DNA of 30,374 bases from Acidobacteriota bacterium. GTDB taxonomy: Bacteria; Acidobacteriota; UBA6911; RPQK01; DATIPO01. A program made the position numbers and the translations under genes. The stretch spans positions 1 through 30,374 of the forward strand of contig JANQFM010000410.1 of NCBI GenBank assembly GCA_028277865.1. Direction: 5' to 3'. Numbering within the stretch: the first letter of the stretch is position 1; each line of letters starts with the position of its first letter. Under the pieces are notes generated by a model. That model was not told where the DNA came from, ran no database searches, and saw only the letters and a program-made list of their open reading frames with translations. Below, one piece after another: positions 18,552 to 29,286 of the stretch.

Positions 18552-19199
18552 TCAGGCCGCCAAACGGTCGATTTCGGCGGCCACCTCAGAGACGGAACGG
18601 TTGCCGTCCACCTCAAAAAAATCCCCTCGCGATGAGTAATACCCTATCATCGGAGCGGTTTGTTGGCGGTAGACGTGCATGCGTTCCCGAATCACCTCCT
18701 CGCGGTCATCCTTCCTCTGCAGCAGCTTCCCTCCGCAGGCTTCACACTCCGCCTCTCCTTTCGCGGAGGGCGAGAAGAAGACATTGTAGATGCGGCCGCA
18801 TCCGGAGCAGGTCCGCCTGCCCGAGAGGCGTTTGACGACCTGATCCTCGTCGACCCGGATCCGGATCGTCTTGGGCCTGACTCCGTTGAGCACCCTGCTA
18901 AGGAACTCGGCCTGTGCCAGATTGCGCGGGTAGCCGTCCAGGATCATTCCCGAATCGGCTCGGCCCGAGCTGTTTTTCTCTTCCACCAACTGGGAGACCA
19001 ACTCATCGGGAACCAATTCGCCTGCCTCCATGATGGCCTTGCAGCGCTTGCCCAGCTCCGAGCCCTGCCGCACCGCCTCGCGCAGCAGGTCTCCAGTCGA
19101 GACGTGCAAGTAGCCTGACGACTCGGCCAGCAGCTTGGCCTGTGTCCCTTTGCCGGCCCCCGGCGCTCCCAATAAAATCACCACCCGCCCAAAACTCAT
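18552..19199 (-). CDS. adk: Adenylate kinase (Zn-lid type)
   Basis: LLGAPGAGKGTQA, HVSTGDLLR, LDGYPRN, CSGC..CEAC lid, QRKDD; start taken at ATG 19199. Confidence 0.98.
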   Translation of the reverse strand: MSFGRVVILLGAPGAGKGTQAKLLAESSGYLHVSTGDLLREAVRQGSELGKRCKAIMEAGELVPDELVSQLVEEKNSSGRADSGMILDGYPRNLAQAEFLSRVLNGVRPKTIRIRVDEDQVVKRLSGRRTCSGCGRIYNVFFSPSAKGEAECEACGGKLLQRKDDREEVIRERMHVYRQQTAPMIGYYSSRGDFFEVDGNRSVSEVAAEIDRLAA

Positions 19200-19258
19200 G
19201 GCTGCCTCAAGTCCAAGGTCCAAGGCCCGCAGTATGTGTCATCTTTCTGCCAACTGCC

Positions 19259-20677
19259 CTATCGCCTTCCCCGGATGCGCCCTTTCTTGAGGAACCCGTC
19301 GTAGTGGCGCATGATGAGCTGCGATTCGATCTGCTGCACAGTGTCCATGGCCACTCCCACGACGATGAGCAAAGAGGTGCCGCCGAAATAGAAGTTCACT
19401 CCCAGCCCGGTGGTGATGCGGCTGAGGCCGTACTCGTTGAAGAAGTTGTCCAGGGGAGTTCCGATGAGGGGGATCGGCTGCACCTTGAACCCCGTGATGA
19501 GGAACTCGGGCAGCAGGCAGACCAGCACCAGGTAGATGGCCCCGGCAGCGGTCAGACGGCTCAGCGTCCGGTCGATGTACTCCGAGGTTCGCTTGCCTGG
19601 CCGGATGCCGGGGATGAACCCTCCGTACTTGCGGATGTTGTCGGCCACTTCGTCCGGGTTGAAAATGATGCTGACGTAGAAAAAGCAGAAAAAGATGATG
19701 CCTGAGATATAGATCAAGTTGTAAAGCGGATAGCCCTGAGACAGCTGGGTGGCCAGCGTGGCCAAAATGCTGCCCACGGTGCCTTCGCTGCTGAAAGCCA
19801 TTTGAACGGTGGAGGGCAGGGCCACGATCGAAGCCGCGAAGATGACGGGGATGACTCCTCCCGAGTTGACCTTGAGCGGAAGGTGAGTCGACTGGCCCCC
19901 GTACATGCGCCGCCCCACCATCCGCTTGGCGTACTGGATGGGGATTCGCCTCTGGCCCCGTTCCACAAATACGACCGCCCCCACCACGATCACCATCAGA
20001 ATCAGCAAAAAGAGGATCTCGAACACGTTGAGCTGGTTGTTCTGCCAACTGGTCCACAGCCAAGCGGTTGCCTCGGGAAGCCCCACCACGATCCCGGCGA
20101 AGATGATCAGCGAAATGCCGTTGCCGATGCCGCGCTCGGAGATCTGTTCGCCCAGCCACATAACGAAAGTAGTGCCTGTGGTCAAGGTCAGGATGGTCAT
20201 CAGGCGAAATCCCCAGCCTGGGCTGGGGACGATGGGCGGCGTCGCTTGCGTCTGCTCCAGGGCCGCCGCAGTGGCAAAGCTCTGAAAAAGGCACAGGCCC
20301 ACGGTCAGGTAGCGGGTGTACTGGGTGATTTTCTTGCGTCCCAGCTCGCCTTCTTTGGAGAGCCGTTCCAGGTAAGGCCAGACCACGGTCAGCAACTGGA
20401 GGATGATCGAAGCTGTGATGTAGGGCGTGATTCCCAGGGCAAAGATGGAAAGGCGGCTCAGGTTGCCGCCGGAAAAGACGTCCAGGAAGCCGAACATGCT
20501 GCCGGCCTGGGAATCGAAAAAAGCCTCCAGGGCAGTGCTGTCAATGCCGGGCGTGGGGATCCAGCTTCCGATCCGATAGACCATCAGCATCCCCAGCATG
20601 AACAAGATGCGGTTGCGCAATTCCGGGATGTTGACGACGTTTCGGACACCGGCCAAAAAAGTGTTGACGTCTGACAT
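19259..20677 (-). CDS. secY: Preprotein translocase subunit SecY
   Basis: SIFALGITPYITASII, WLGEQISERGIGNGISLIIF, PLKVNSGGVIPVIFA, GGFIPGIRPG, FGGTSLLIVVGV. Confidence 0.99.
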   Translation of the reverse strand: MSDVNTFLAGVRNVVNIPELRNRILFMLGMLMVYRIGSWIPTPGIDSTALEAFFDSQAGSMFGFLDVFSGGNLSRLSIFALGITPYITASIILQLLTVVWPYLERLSKEGELGRKKITQYTRYLTVGLCLFQSFATAAALEQTQATPPIVPSPGWGFRLMTILTLTTGTTFVMWLGEQISERGIGNGISLIIFAGIVVGLPEATAWLWTSWQNNQLNVFEILFLLILMVIVVGAVVFVERGQRRIPIQYAKRMVGRRMYGGQSTHLPLKVNSGGVIPVIFAASIVALPSTVQMAFSSEGTVGSILATLATQLSQGYPLYNLIYISGIIFFCFFYVSIIFNPDEVADNIRKYGGFIPGIRPGKRTSEYIDRTLSRLTAAGAIYLVLVCLLPEFLITGFKVQPIPLIGTPLDNFFNEYGLSRITTGLGVNFYFGGTSLLIVVGVAMDTVQQIESQLIMRHYDGFLKKGRIRGRR

Positions 20678-21126
20678 CAGCTGATCACCTCGGCCGTTCC
20701 TCCGGCCTTTTCAATCTTTGCCTTTGCAGAGGCGCTGAAATGATGGGCTTGGACTGTGAGCTTTTTTTGCAGCTCTCCCTTGCCCAGGATGCGCAGGCCG
20801 TCGCCAAGTTTCTTGATCAATTTATTTTCCAGCAAAGATTGCGGAGTGACTTGGCTGCCGTCCTCCAGCCGGTTGAGGTCGGCGACATTCAAAACGGCCC
20901 ACTTCTTGGCAAAAATATTGGTGAAGCCGCGTTTGGGCAAACGCCGGTAAAGAGGCATCTGGCCGCCTTCGAAGCCGGCCCGCTGCGAGTAGCCGGAACG
21001 GGACTTTTGACCCTTGTGGCCCCGGCCGGCGGTCACTCCGTTTCCGGACCCCGGCCCCCGCCCCACGCGCTTGCGCTTGCGGTTGGCGCCCTTGGCAGGC
21101 TTGAGCGAATGCAGGTTGAGACTCAC
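20677..21126 (-). CDS. rplO: 50S ribosomal protein L15
   Basis: [44 protein letters not shown]. Confidence 0.99.
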   Translation of the reverse strand: MSLNLHSLKPAKGANRKRKRVGRGPGSGNGVTAGRGHKGQKSRSGYSQRAGFEGGQMPLYRRLPKRGFTNIFAKKWAVLNVADLNRLEDGSQVTPQSLLENKLIKKLGDGLRILGKGELQKKLTVQAHHFSASAKAKIEKAGGTAEVIS

Positions 21127-21326
21127 GACTCCTCTCCCTCTACGATTTGGACCAGGTGGGGGATCTTGGCCACCATGCCCCGGATTTCAGGGGTGTCGGG
21201 CCGCTCGACCACCTGTTGCAGCCGGCGCAGCCCCAGGCCTCGCACGACGTTTTTCTGATGCCGGGGCCGACCGATGGCGCTGCGCACGTATTGAATCTTG
21301 ACGGTATTTTGCTTCTTCTTGGACAT
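21123..21326 (-). CDS. rpmD: 50S ribosomal protein L30
   Basis: [33 protein letters not shown]; ATG overlaps the rpsE stop (TGATG). Confidence 0.97.
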   Translation of the reverse strand: MSKKKQNTVKIQYVRSAIGRPRHQKNVVRGLGLRRLQQVVERPDTPEIRGMVAKIPHLVQIVEGEES

Positions 21327-21820
21327 CACAGATCCTCGACCGGAATGCCGCGCGTGCGGGCGACCTCTTCGGGGCTGCGCATCTCCTCCAGGCCGGCAAA
21401 GGCGGCCCTCACCACGTTTTGAGGATTGGCCGATCCCATCGACTTGGTGACAACGTCACGGATGCCGGCCGACTCCATGACGGCGCGCACGGCCCCCCCC
21501 GCAATCACCCCTGTGCCCTCCGGGGCCGGCTTGATCAACACCCGGCCTGCGCCGAAGCGCCCGATGACCTGATGCGGCACAGTCGAACCCTTGAGCGGGA
21601 TGCGGATCAGCTTTCGCTTGGCCTTTTCGATCCCCTTGCGGATGGCCGAGGGAACCTCTTTGGCCTTGCCCAGGCCGAACCCGGCCCGCCCCTGCTGGTC
21701 TCCGACAACCACCAGAGCGGAAAAGCTCAGGTTCTTGCCGCCTTTGACCACCTTGGTCACGCGGTTGATGCTCACCACGTGATCCACAAATTCCATATCG
21801 CCTCGATCGCCGTTGGCCAT
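21326..21820 (-). CDS. rpsE: 30S ribosomal protein S5
   Basis: [43 protein letters not shown]. Confidence 0.99.
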   Translation of the reverse strand: MANGDRGDMEFVDHVVSINRVTKVVKGGKNLSFSALVVVGDQQGRAGFGLGKAKEVPSAIRKGIEKAKRKLIRIPLKGSTVPHQVIGRFGAGRVLIKPAPEGTGVIAGGAVRAVMESAGIRDVVTKSMGSANPQNVVRAAFAGLEEMRSPEEVARTRGIPVEDL

Positions 21821-21835
21821 GCTCTATCACTGCTC

Positions 21836-22201
21836 CTAAAATTTTAAGCCTGCTTCCCTAGCCGCCTCTGCCAGTGCCTTGACGCGGCCCCGGTAAATAT
21901 AGCCCGACCGGTCGAAGACAACCTGATCGATCCCCTCTTTGCGTGCCCGTTCGGCGATGGCCTTGCCCACCTTGCGGGCGGCTTCGACATTGCTTCCCTG
22001 CTTGAGCCTCCTGCCCCCCAGCTTCAGGGTGGTAGCCGAGGCCAGGGTATGGCCCGCCGTGTCATCCACCAGTTGGGCGTAGGTGTGGCTCAGGCTGCGG
22101 AAAACACAAAAGCGCGGACGCTGGGCGGTCCCGGAGAGGCGGTTGCGGATGCGCAGGTGCTTTTTCTTCCTGCGCTGGTTTCGGAACGATTGCTTCTTCA
22201 T
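21836..22201 (-). CDS. rplR: 50S ribosomal protein L18
   Basis: GTAQRPRFCVFRS, YAQLVDD, VFDRSGYIYRGRVKALAEAAREAGLKF; start taken at ATG 22201. Confidence 0.98.
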   Translation of the reverse strand: MKKQSFRNQRRKKKHLRIRNRLSGTAQRPRFCVFRSLSHTYAQLVDDTAGHTLASATTLKLGGRRLKQGSNVEAARKVGKAIAERARKEGIDQVVFDRSGYIYRGRVKALAEAAREAGLKF

Positions 22202-22251
22202 GGCTGTCACCTGAGAGGCTGCAGGCTGCATATACAGCCTGGCGGCCTAGC

Positions 22252-22812
22252 CTATGCCCCCTTCTTGCCGACCTTGAGCTTGATGAACTCGCCTTCGTAT
22301 CGAATTCCCTTGCCTTTGTAGACATCGGGCTTGCGAAGCGCCCGGATGTCGGCTGCCAATTGGCCCACTTCCTGCTTGCTGATCCCCTTGACGGTGATAG
22401 TGGCCACATACTGCTGGATCGGCTTCTTGGTCCGCTCCACGGAGATCTCGATCCCTTCGGGGATGGGAACCTGAACGGGGTGGGAGTATCCCAGGCCCAG
22501 GTTGAGGAATCCGCCAGCCACTTCGGCGCGAAATCCCACACCCACCAAATCCAGCCTCTTTTCAAAGCCCTCGGTCACGCCTGTGACGCTATTGGCAAGC
22601 AGAGCCCTGGCCATGCCGTGGTTGGCCCGGTGGGGCTTGGCATCGCTGTCGCGTTGAGCGAGCAGTTGGCCATCCTTCAACTCGACCTGAACGCCTTGAG
22701 GAAGGCGGGTCGATAACTTGCCCTTGGGGCCTTCAACTTGAACCGAACCGTTTTTGATTGCCACCTTCACCCCCGAAGGGATGGGTATGGGCTGCTTTCC
22801 AATGCGCGACAT
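22252..22812 (-). CDS. rplF: 50S ribosomal protein L6
   Basis: [48 protein letters not shown]; start taken at ATG 22812. Confidence 0.98.
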   Translation of the reverse strand: MSRIGKQPIPIPSGVKVAIKNGSVQVEGPKGKLSTRLPQGVQVELKDGQLLAQRDSDAKPHRANHGMARALLANSVTGVTEGFEKRLDLVGVGFRAEVAGGFLNLGLGYSHPVQVPIPEGIEISVERTKKPIQQYVATITVKGISKQEVGQLAADIRALRKPDVYKGKGIRYEGEFIKLKVGKKGA

Positions 22813-22887
22813 AGCTTCCTCTGCTTTCAAACCCTCGTCAACCGCTGGCCCGGGGGCGAGACCAGGCGCCCTGCCTGTCGGCAAGGC

Positions 22888-23286
22888 TTAGTAGACCTCG
22901 ACCAGGATCTCTCCGCCGACGCCTTCCTGACGGGCCTTGCGGCCGGTCAGGATTCCCTTGGAGGTGGTGAGGATGTTGATTCCCAACCCGCCCAGCACCG
23001 AGGGGATCCGGTCGCGCGGCACGTAGACCCGTCGGCCGGGCTTGCTGATGCGGCGCAGCTTCCGGATAGCCGGAGTGCGGTCCGGGCCGTACTTCAGCAT
23101 CAGGGTCAGCTTTTGGTGACCATTCTCTTCCGAAATCTTCTGCCCCGAAAGGTACCCTTCGCTGATCATGATTTTGGCGATCTCGTGCTTGATCCTGGAA
23201 TAGGGCACATCGACCGCTTCGTGAAACACCATCTGGGCATTTCGAATCCGTGTCAGAAAATCCGCGATAGGATCTGTCATCGACAT
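22888..23286 (-). CDS. rpsH: 30S ribosomal protein S8
   Basis: [46 protein letters not shown]; start taken at ATG 23286. Confidence 0.98.
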   Translation of the reverse strand: MSMTDPIADFLTRIRNAQMVFHEAVDVPYSRIKHEIAKIMISEGYLSGQKISEENGHQKLTLMLKYGPDRTPAIRKLRRISKPGRRVYVPRDRIPSVLGGLGINILTTSKGILTGRKARQEGVGGEILVEVY

Positions 23287-23315
23287 GCTATTTACCGACT
23301 CCTTCAAAACAGCAA

Positions 23316-23379
23316 GCAGCGCCCAGCCCCCGGACTGAAGTCCCAACGACCGCCCGGATCAAGGCCGGCAGCGCCCAGC
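23316..23379. repeat. 12-bp direct repeat flanking a small REP-like hairpin
   Basis: GCAGCGCCCAGC at 23316-23327 and 23368-23379; GGACTGAAGTCC at 23332-23343. Confidence 0.5.
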
Positions 23380-23390
23380 TTCTCGAATGC

Positions 23391-23576
23391 TCACCAACTC
23401 GACTTGGTCACTCCCGGGATCTCGCCGGCCAGAGCCAGCTCCCGAAAGCAGATCCGGCACAATTCGAATTTCCTCAGATATCCGCGCGAGCGCCCGCAGC
23501 GCTGGCAACGCGAATACCCTCGGACCCGGAACTTGGGCTTGCGCCGCTGTTTCGCTATGAGAGATTTTTTGGCCAT
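23391..23576 (-). CDS. rpsN: 30S ribosomal protein S14 (type Z)
   Basis: 61 aa, [42 protein letters not shown]. Confidence 0.98.
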   Translation of the reverse strand: MAKKSLIAKQRRKPKFRVRGYSRCQRCGRSRGYLRKFELCRICFRELALAGEIPGVTKSSW

Positions 23577-23621
23577 CCTCTCCTCTTCATCATCCGAATG
23601 CCCCTCAGGCTCCGAGGCCAC

Positions 23622-24191
23622 TCAAACTGCCAATGCAGCCCGGCGCTCCCCCTGACGGGCAAAAGGCATTCCCAACGACTTGAGCAATAAGCGCGCTTCG
23701 TCGTCGCTTTGGGCCGATGTCACTATGGTGACGTTCATGCCCCGCAACTCCTCGGTCTTGCCCAGGTCGATCTCCGGAAATATGATCTGGTCCTTCAATC
23801 CCAGGGTGTAGTTTCCCCGGCCATCGAAGGAATGCAGCGGGACTCCACGAAAGTCCCTGACACGGGCCAGGCCGATGTTGATCAGGCGGTCCAAGAACTC
23901 CCACATCCGATCCCGCCTCAACGTGACCTTCAGCCCGATGGCCATTCCCTCGCGCAGGCGGAAGGCGGCAATGGAGTTCTTGGCTCGCCGGATGATCGGC
24001 TTCTGGCCGGTGATGGCTGCCAAATCCTGACCAGCCGTGTCCAATACCTTGGCGTTTTGGATCGCTTCTCCCACTCCCATGTTGACCACCACCTTGATGA
24101 GGCGGGGGATCGTCATGGGATTCCGGTAGTCGAACTCCTTGACCAAGGCCGGTACGACTTCATCGTGGTAACGTTTTTTCAGTCTCGCCAT
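23622..24191 (-). CDS. rplE: 50S ribosomal protein L5
   Basis: [42 protein letters not shown]; start taken at ATG 24191. Confidence 0.98.
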   Translation of the reverse strand: MARLKKRYHDEVVPALVKEFDYRNPMTIPRLIKVVVNMGVGEAIQNAKVLDTAGQDLAAITGQKPIIRRAKNSIAAFRLREGMAIGLKVTLRRDRMWEFLDRLINIGLARVRDFRGVPLHSFDGRGNYTLGLKDQIIFPEIDLGKTEELRGMNVTIVTSAQSDDEARLLLKSLGMPFARQGERRAALAV

Positions 24192-24250
24192 TTTCCGATG
24201 CGGCCAGGCCCGGGGCGTTTCCCGGATGGCCCGGCCTCTCCCCATGTTTC

Positions 24251-24571
24251 CTATTTGTCGATCGTGCCCTTGCACTTGCGGCAAACGCGCACTTTTCTTC
24301 CGTCGGTCAGCAGCTCGAACCCCACACGCGCAGCCGTGCCGCATTCCCGGCAGATGACCTTCAGGTTCGAAAGGTGAATCGGGCCTTCCTTTTCGACGAT
24401 CCCGCCCTTGATGTTGCGCTGCGGGTTGGGGCGGGTATGGCGCTTGAAAAGGTTGATGCCCTCGACGATGGCTTGGCTCTTGACGGGAAAGACCCTCAAG
24501 ACCCGCCCGGTCTTGCCCGAGTCCCTGCCGCCGGTCACCAAAACCTGATCCTCTTTCTTGATGTGCAACAT
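24251..24571 (-). CDS. rplX: 50S ribosomal protein L24
   Basis: [46 protein letters not shown]. Confidence 0.98.
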   Translation of the reverse strand: MLHIKKEDQVLVTGGRDSGKTGRVLRVFPVKSQAIVEGINLFKRHTRPNPQRNIKGGIVEKEGPIHLSNLKVICRECGTAARVGFELLTDGRKVRVCRKCKGTIDK

Positions 24572-24622
24572 GTCAGTCTTGCCTCAAAGCCTCCTGCCGA
24601 TTCCCGGCGCCCGTTTCAGCCC

Positions 24623-24991
24623 TCAAAGCATCTCCGGGGCAAGGGAGACGATCTTCATGAACCTTTTCTCGCGCAGCTCGCGGGCCACGGGGCCGAAGAC
24701 GCGCGTTCCGACGGGCTCGCCGGCGGCATTGATCAGGACGGCGGCATTTTCGTCAAACCGGATGTAGGTCCCATCCCTGCGCCGGGTCTCCTTTTTGACC
24801 CGCACCACCACAGCCTTGACCACCTGGCCTTTCTTGACCGTGCCGTCGGGAGTGGCTTCCTTGACCGAGGCCGTGATGATGTCTCCCAGCCCGGCCCCCC
24901 GGCCCGTATCGCCGCCCATCGGTCGGATACAGGAGATCTTGCGGGCGCCGGAATTGTCCGCAACACTCAACTTGGTCTGCATCTGAACCAT
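24623..24991 (-). CDS. rplN: 50S ribosomal protein L14
   Basis: [48 protein letters not shown]. Confidence 0.99.
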   Translation of the reverse strand: MVQMQTKLSVADNSGARKISCIRPMGGDTGRGAGLGDIITASVKEATPDGTVKKGQVVKAVVVRVKKETRRRDGTYIRFDENAAVLINAAGEPVGTRVFGPVARELREKRFMKIVSLAPEML

Positions 24992-25003
24992 AGCGGATCC
25001 CTC

Positions 25004-25273
25004 CTAGCGCTTGGCCTTGCGGATGATTTCCTTGACCAGCCAACGCTTGCGCTTGCTCAAAGGGCGGCACTCCTCGATGCGGACCTGATCGCCCACATGG
25101 CACTCGTTGTTCTCGTCGTGAGCCATGAACTTGCTGGTGCGCCGGATCGTCTTCTTGTAAAAGGGGTGGGCCACCAGGCGATCCACAGCCACCACCACCG
25201 ATTTCTGCATGGCGCTGGAAACGACCCGTCCCACTTTTGTGTTGCGTGCCTTGACACTTTCCTGCTGTTCCAT
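25004..25273 (-). CDS. rpsQ: 30S ribosomal protein S17
   Basis: [39 protein letters not shown]. Confidence 0.98.
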   Translation of the reverse strand: MEQQESVKARNTKVGRVVSSAMQKSVVVAVDRLVAHPFYKKTIRRTSKFMAHDENNECHVGDQVRIEECRPLSKRKRWLVKEIIRKAKR

Positions 25274-25325
25274 CGATTTATCGACTTCCGTTCAACGGGC
25301 AGCTGCCAAGCGGCGACTGCCGAAC

Positions 25326-25520
25326 TTACGCTTCGGCCTGCTTGACGGTCAGAATCGTCTTGACGCGGGCCAGATCTTTTCGCACCTGGCGAATCTTGGA
25401 GGAATTCTCTAATTGGCCGGTGGCCGATTGGATGCGGAGCTTGAAAAGCTGCTCAGTGAGCGCCTTCTCCTCCTCCCGCAGGCCGCCCATGTCCATCTCG
25501 TGGTATTTCTCGGCTTTCAT
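25326..25520 (-). CDS. rpmC: 50S ribosomal protein L29
   Basis: [28 protein letters not shown]. Confidence 0.97.
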   Translation of the reverse strand: MKAEKYHEMDMGGLREEEKALTEQLFKLRIQSATGQLENSSKIRQVRKDLARVKTILTVKQAEA

Positions 25521-25524
25521 GCTA

Positions 25525-25938
25525 CTAGCTTCCGAACCGCTGTACGAACTTGGTTTTGATGGGGAGCTTGTGGGCAGCCAGGCGCATGGCCTCGCGCGCC
25601 ATCTCCTCTGACAGCCCTTCGCACTCGTAAAGGATTCGGCCGGGCTTGACGACGGCTACCCAGCCCTCGGGGGCGCCCTTGCCCTTGCCCATCCGGGTTT
25701 CAGCCGGCTTTTTGGTCACCGGCGTATCGGGGAAGATGCGAATCCAGACCTTTCCGTGGCGCTTGGCATAGCGGGTCATGGCTACTCGGGCGGCCTCGAT
25801 CTGCCGGTCGGTGATGCGCCCGGGCTCCAATGCCTTGAGCCCGAATTCGCCGAAATCGATGTTGGATCCGCGCAGGGCGGCACCCCTCATGCGGCCTTTT
25901 TGGCGCTTACGGTATTTGACTTTCTTGGGCATCAACAT
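25525..25938 (-). CDS. rplP: 50S ribosomal protein L16
   Basis: [43 protein letters not shown]. Confidence 0.99.
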   Translation of the reverse strand: MLMPKKVKYRKRQKGRMRGAALRGSNIDFGEFGLKALEPGRITDRQIEAARVAMTRYAKRHGKVWIRIFPDTPVTKKPAETRMGKGKGAPEGWVAVVKPGRILYECEGLSEEMAREAMRLAAHKLPIKTKFVQRFGS

Positions 25939-25943
25939 GACAT

Positions 25944-26606
25944 TTATCCTCGTTGCGAACGTCGGTCGAGTATCTGCTCCGGCTCATAGATGTCGCCTTT
26001 GTAGATCCAGACTTTGACGCCGATGACCCCATAAGTGGTGAAGGCCTCGGCAAAGCCGTAGTCGATGTCTGCCCGCAATGTGTGCAACGGCAACTGCCCG
26101 TTGAGGTACCACTCGGCGCGGGCGATTTCGGCGCCGTTGAGGCGTCCGCCGCAGCGTACCTTGATCCCTTTGCAGCCGAATCGCAGAGCCGTGTCGACGG
26201 CGCGGCGCATGGCCCGCCGGAAAGCCACCCTCTTGATCAGTTGCTGGGCGATCGACTCGGCCACCAGCTGGGAATCCAGTTCGGGCTTGTGGACTTCCTG
26301 GATGCTGATGAAGACTTCGCGGCCCGTCTTGTTCTGCAAGTCGTTGCGCAGCCGGTCGATTTCAGCGCCCTTGCGGCCGATGATGATGCCGGGGCGCGAG
26401 GTATGAACATAGACGGTAAGCTTGTTGGCGGCCCTTTCGACCTCGATCCGGGACACGCCGGCATGGTTGAAGCGGCTCTTCAGCTCTTTCTTGATGCGCA
26501 GGTCCTCGTGCAGCAGCTTGCCGTAGCCCTTGGTGGCAAACCAGCGGGACTTCCAGGTCCGGTTGTATCCGAGGCGAAATCCGTAGGGGTGAACCTTCTG
26601 ACCCAA
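25944..26606 (-). CDS. rpsC: 30S ribosomal protein S3
   Basis: TTG start 26606 after GGAGG; [56 protein letters not shown]. Confidence 0.98.
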   Translation of the reverse strand: MGQKVHPYGFRLGYNRTWKSRWFATKGYGKLLHEDLRIKKELKSRFNHAGVSRIEVERAANKLTVYVHTSRPGIIIGRKGAEIDRLRNDLQNKTGREVFISIQEVHKPELDSQLVAESIAQQLIKRVAFRRAMRRAVDTALRFGCKGIKVRCGGRLNGAEIARAEWYLNGQLPLHTLRADIDYGFAEAFTTYGVIGVKVWIYKGDIYEPEQILDRRSQRG

Positions 26607-26610
26607 GTTG

Positions 26611-26967
26611 CTATCCCTCCTCCGCTGATCCATCCGTGACGCGGATGGTGATGTGACTTTGACGGCGCATTTGGCGGTGGGCGCGGCCCATGGGAGCCGG
26701 GCGGAGCCGCCGCCGCCATTTTGTGGGGCCGATGTCGACGGTCGCCTCTTCCACCACCAGGCCGGCCGGATCGATGGCGGCGGATTTTTGCTCGGCATTG
26801 GCGATGGCCGATCGCAGCACCTTCTCGATGGGCCGGGCGGCCCGCTTTTGAGAATGGCGCAGCAGATTGAGCGCCTCTTCGACATTGCGGCCGCGAATGG
26901 TGTCGATGACCAGGCGCGCCTTCTGAGGCGATCCCTTGATGTACTTGGCAGTCGCTTTGGCTTGCAT
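26611..26967 (-). CDS. rplV: 50S ribosomal protein L22
   Basis: [39 protein letters not shown]. Confidence 0.98.
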   Translation of the reverse strand: MQAKATAKYIKGSPQKARLVIDTIRGRNVEEALNLLRHSQKRAARPIEKVLRSAIANAEQKSAAIDPAGLVVEEATVDIGPTKWRRRLRPAPMGRAHRQMRRQSHITIRVTDGSAEEG

Positions 26968-27010
26968 CGCTTGGGCCTTTCCTGATGCCGGCCCGGCCGC
27001 CGGGGCCGGA

Positions 27011-27295
27011 CTATCTCATGCGGGAGCTCCTCTCACCCTTGCTGTGGTGCCCCTTGTAGGTACGGGTGGGGGCGAACTCTCCCAGTTTGTGCCCCACCAT
27101 GTTCTCGGTGATGTAAATCGGGATGAACTTCTTCCCGTTGTGAACAGCGATGGTGAGCCCCACCATCTCCGGGAAAATGGTCGAGCGCCGCGACCAGGTC
27201 TTGATCACCGCCGTCTCGTTGGTGTCGTTGAGCCGCTGAACCTTCTTCATCAGGTGGTCGTCAATGAACGGCCCCTTTTTCAACGATCTTGGCAT
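27011..27295 (-). CDS. rpsS: 30S ribosomal protein S19
   Basis: [41 protein letters not shown]. Confidence 0.99.
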   Translation of the reverse strand: MPRSLKKGPFIDDHLMKKVQRLNDTNETAVIKTWSRRSTIFPEMVGLTIAVHNGKKFIPIYITENMVGHKLGEFAPTRTYKGHHSKGERSSRMR

Positions 27296-27355
27296 TTTCT
27301 CTCCCAGTTGGCGGAGCGGCCCTGCAAAAATGCTGTGCGCCAGGCCGCACCCGGA

Positions 27356-28186
27356 TTACCTGCGCTTCTTGCCGCGCCGCACGATGAATTTCTCCGTCTG
27401 CTTGTTGTTGCGGGTCTTCCTGCCTTTGGTTTGCCAGCCCCAGGGGGAGCACGGGTGGCGTCCGCCCGAGGTACGGCCCTCGCCTCCTCCCATGGGATGG
27501 TCGACCGGATTCATGGCTACCCCCCGCACCTTGGGGCGGCGCCCCCGCCAGCGGTTGGCGCCGGCCTTGCCCAGCGAGACGTTTTCGTGGTTCAGGTTGC
27601 CCACCTGGCCCAGGGTGGCCCGGCATTGGATGTGAATCCTGCGGACTTCTCCGGAGGGCAGGCGCACCTGGGCGTAGTTTCCTTCCTTGGCCACCAGTTG
27701 GGCCGCCGTCCCGGCGCTGCGGACCAGCTGCCCGCCCCGCCCCAAGGACAGCTCGAGGTTGTGAATGGTCGAGCCCAGAGGGATGTTGAGCAAGGGCAGG
27801 TTGTTGCCCGGCATGATGTCGGCGCTGACCCCCGACTCGACCGTGGCGCCCACTTCAAGCCCATTGGGCGCCAGGATGTATCGCTTTTCGCCGTCCGCGT
27901 AATGCAGCAGGGCGATGCGCGCGCTGCGGTTGGGATCGTACTCGATGCTGGCCACCTTGGCCGGAACCCCGTCCTTGTTGCGCTTGAAGTCGATGAGGCG
28001 GTATTTGCGCTTGTGGCCCCCGCCGCGGCGACGAATCGAGATGCGCCCTCTGTTGTTGCGGCCGCTGATCCGCTTCTTGCCCGAGGTCAGCTTCTTGAGC
28101 GGACCCTCCTTGGTCAGCTCCTCGTTGGTCTGAACGGTGCGAAAGCGCGTTCCCGGGGAGGTGGGCTGGTATTTGCGAATAGCCAT
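27356..28186 (-). CDS. rplB: 50S ribosomal protein L2
   Basis: [45 protein letters not shown]; start taken at ATG 28186. Confidence 0.99.
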   Translation of the reverse strand: MAIRKYQPTSPGTRFRTVQTNEELTKEGPLKKLTSGKKRISGRNNRGRISIRRRGGGHKRKYRLIDFKRNKDGVPAKVASIEYDPNRSARIALLHYADGEKRYILAPNGLEVGATVESGVSADIMPGNNLPLLNIPLGSTIHNLELSLGRGGQLVRSAGTAAQLVAKEGNYAQVRLPSGEVRRIHIQCRATLGQVGNLNHENVSLGKAGANRWRGRRPKVRGVAMNPVDHPMGGGEGRTSGGRHPCSPWGWQTKGRKTRNNKQTEKFIVRRGKKRR

Positions 28187-28203
28187 ATCAATTCTCTGCT
28201 TGA

Positions 28204-28305
28204 GGGAACACGGAACAGGGAACATGGAACAGGGCAGAAAGTGAAACTCCGCCTTCCAGGCCTTCTTCCCTCTTCCGTGTTCCGTGTTCCATGTTCCGTG
28301 TTCCC
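28204..28305. repeat. Inverted pair of five-unit GGAACAN heptamer arrays in the rplW-rplB spacer
   Basis: 28204-28238 and 28271-28305 are 35-nt arms with 31/35 complementarity around a 32-nt loop. Confidence 0.85.
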
Positions 28306-28308
28306 TTC

Positions 28309-28605
28309 TTAGACTCCCTCAAAAAACTCCACCGGCTTCTCGCCGGGCTTGAGCGTGACATAGGCCTTCTTCCAGGAGGGGCGCCTCCCCGAATAACGGC
28401 CCTGGCGCTTGACCTTTCCCAGGTAGTTGGTGGTGCGGATCTTGGCCACCTTGACCTCGAAGATCCTCTCCACAGCCTCCCGGATCTGGTGCTTGCTGGC
28501 TTCCTTGTGCACTTGAAGGGTCATGACGCGCCCTTCGCCGCGCTCCTGAATCTCGGTGCTCTTTTCAGTGATGCGTGGATGGCGGATCACTTCGTAGATG
28601 TTCAT
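28309..28605 (-). CDS. rplW: 50S ribosomal protein L23
   Basis: [34 protein letters not shown]. Confidence 0.98.
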   Translation of the reverse strand: MNIYEVIRHPRITEKSTEIQERGEGRVMTLQVHKEASKHQIREAVERIFEVKVAKIRTTNYLGKVKRQGRYSGRRPSWKKAYVTLKPGEKPVEFFEGV

Positions 28606-29228
28606 CGCTGCAACACCTCCTGCAGCTCCAGCAGGGAGCGCTTGCTGATCAACAGGTGCTCATGGTTGAGCAAATCGAAAACATTGACCCCCAGGGTGGG
28701 CACCATCTTGACCCGTTGCAGATTGCGCGCACCCAGGTAGAGATTTCGGTTTTCCCGGTCGTCGACCACCAGGGTCTTGCTCTCCAGCTCCAGGTCCTTC
28801 AGGACGTCCAGGAACTCCCGGGTCTTGTGCGAGGGGAGAGTCAAGTCGTCAATGACTGTCAGCAGCCCGTGCTGGAGCTTGTCGCTGAGCACGACCTTGA
28901 CAGCGCCGCGCCGCTTCTTTTTCGGAAACGACTGGGCATAGCTGCGCGGACGGGGACCGAAAGTGATGCCGCCTTTGCGCCACAGCGGAGAGCGGATGGT
29001 GCCCATGCGGGCCCGGCCGGTCCCTTTCTGTCGCCACAGCTTGTGCCCGCCGCCCCGGACCTGGGCGCGGGTCTTGGTGGAGTGGGTGCCCTTGCGCCGG
29101 GCGGCCCGAAAGGCGTTGACGGCCTCCCACACCAGCGTCTGGCTGGCATTGTAGGCAAAGACCGAATCTTCCAGATCCATCTTGCCGACGACTTCGTTTT
29201 TCAGATTCCTGACTTCGACTTCGGCCAT
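28602..29228 (-). CDS. rplD: 50S ribosomal protein L4
   Basis: [43 protein letters not shown]; start taken at ATG 29228. Confidence 0.98.
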   Translation of the reverse strand: MAEVEVRNLKNEVVGKMDLEDSVFAYNASQTLVWEAVNAFRAARRKGTHSTKTRAQVRGGGHKLWRQKGTGRARMGTIRSPLWRKGGITFGPRPRSYAQSFPKKKRRGAVKVVLSDKLQHGLLTVIDDLTLPSHKTREFLDVLKDLELESKTLVVDDRENRNLYLGARNLQRVKMVPTLGVNVFDLLNHEHLLISKRSLLELQEVLQR

Positions 29229-29286
29229 CAATCCTGTCCTCGTCAAAAACTCGCCGCAAGCGACTTGCGGATGCCGCATCCCGCCA

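Noticed and set aside
28204-28305. Repeat arrays as a CRISPR array
   Set aside because: Units are 7-bp tandem repeats with no unique spacers, and no cas genes are present.
26936-28312. 458-aa plus-strand ORF and similar ORFs across the ribosomal operon
   Set aside because: Antisense shadows of conserved ribosomal genes.
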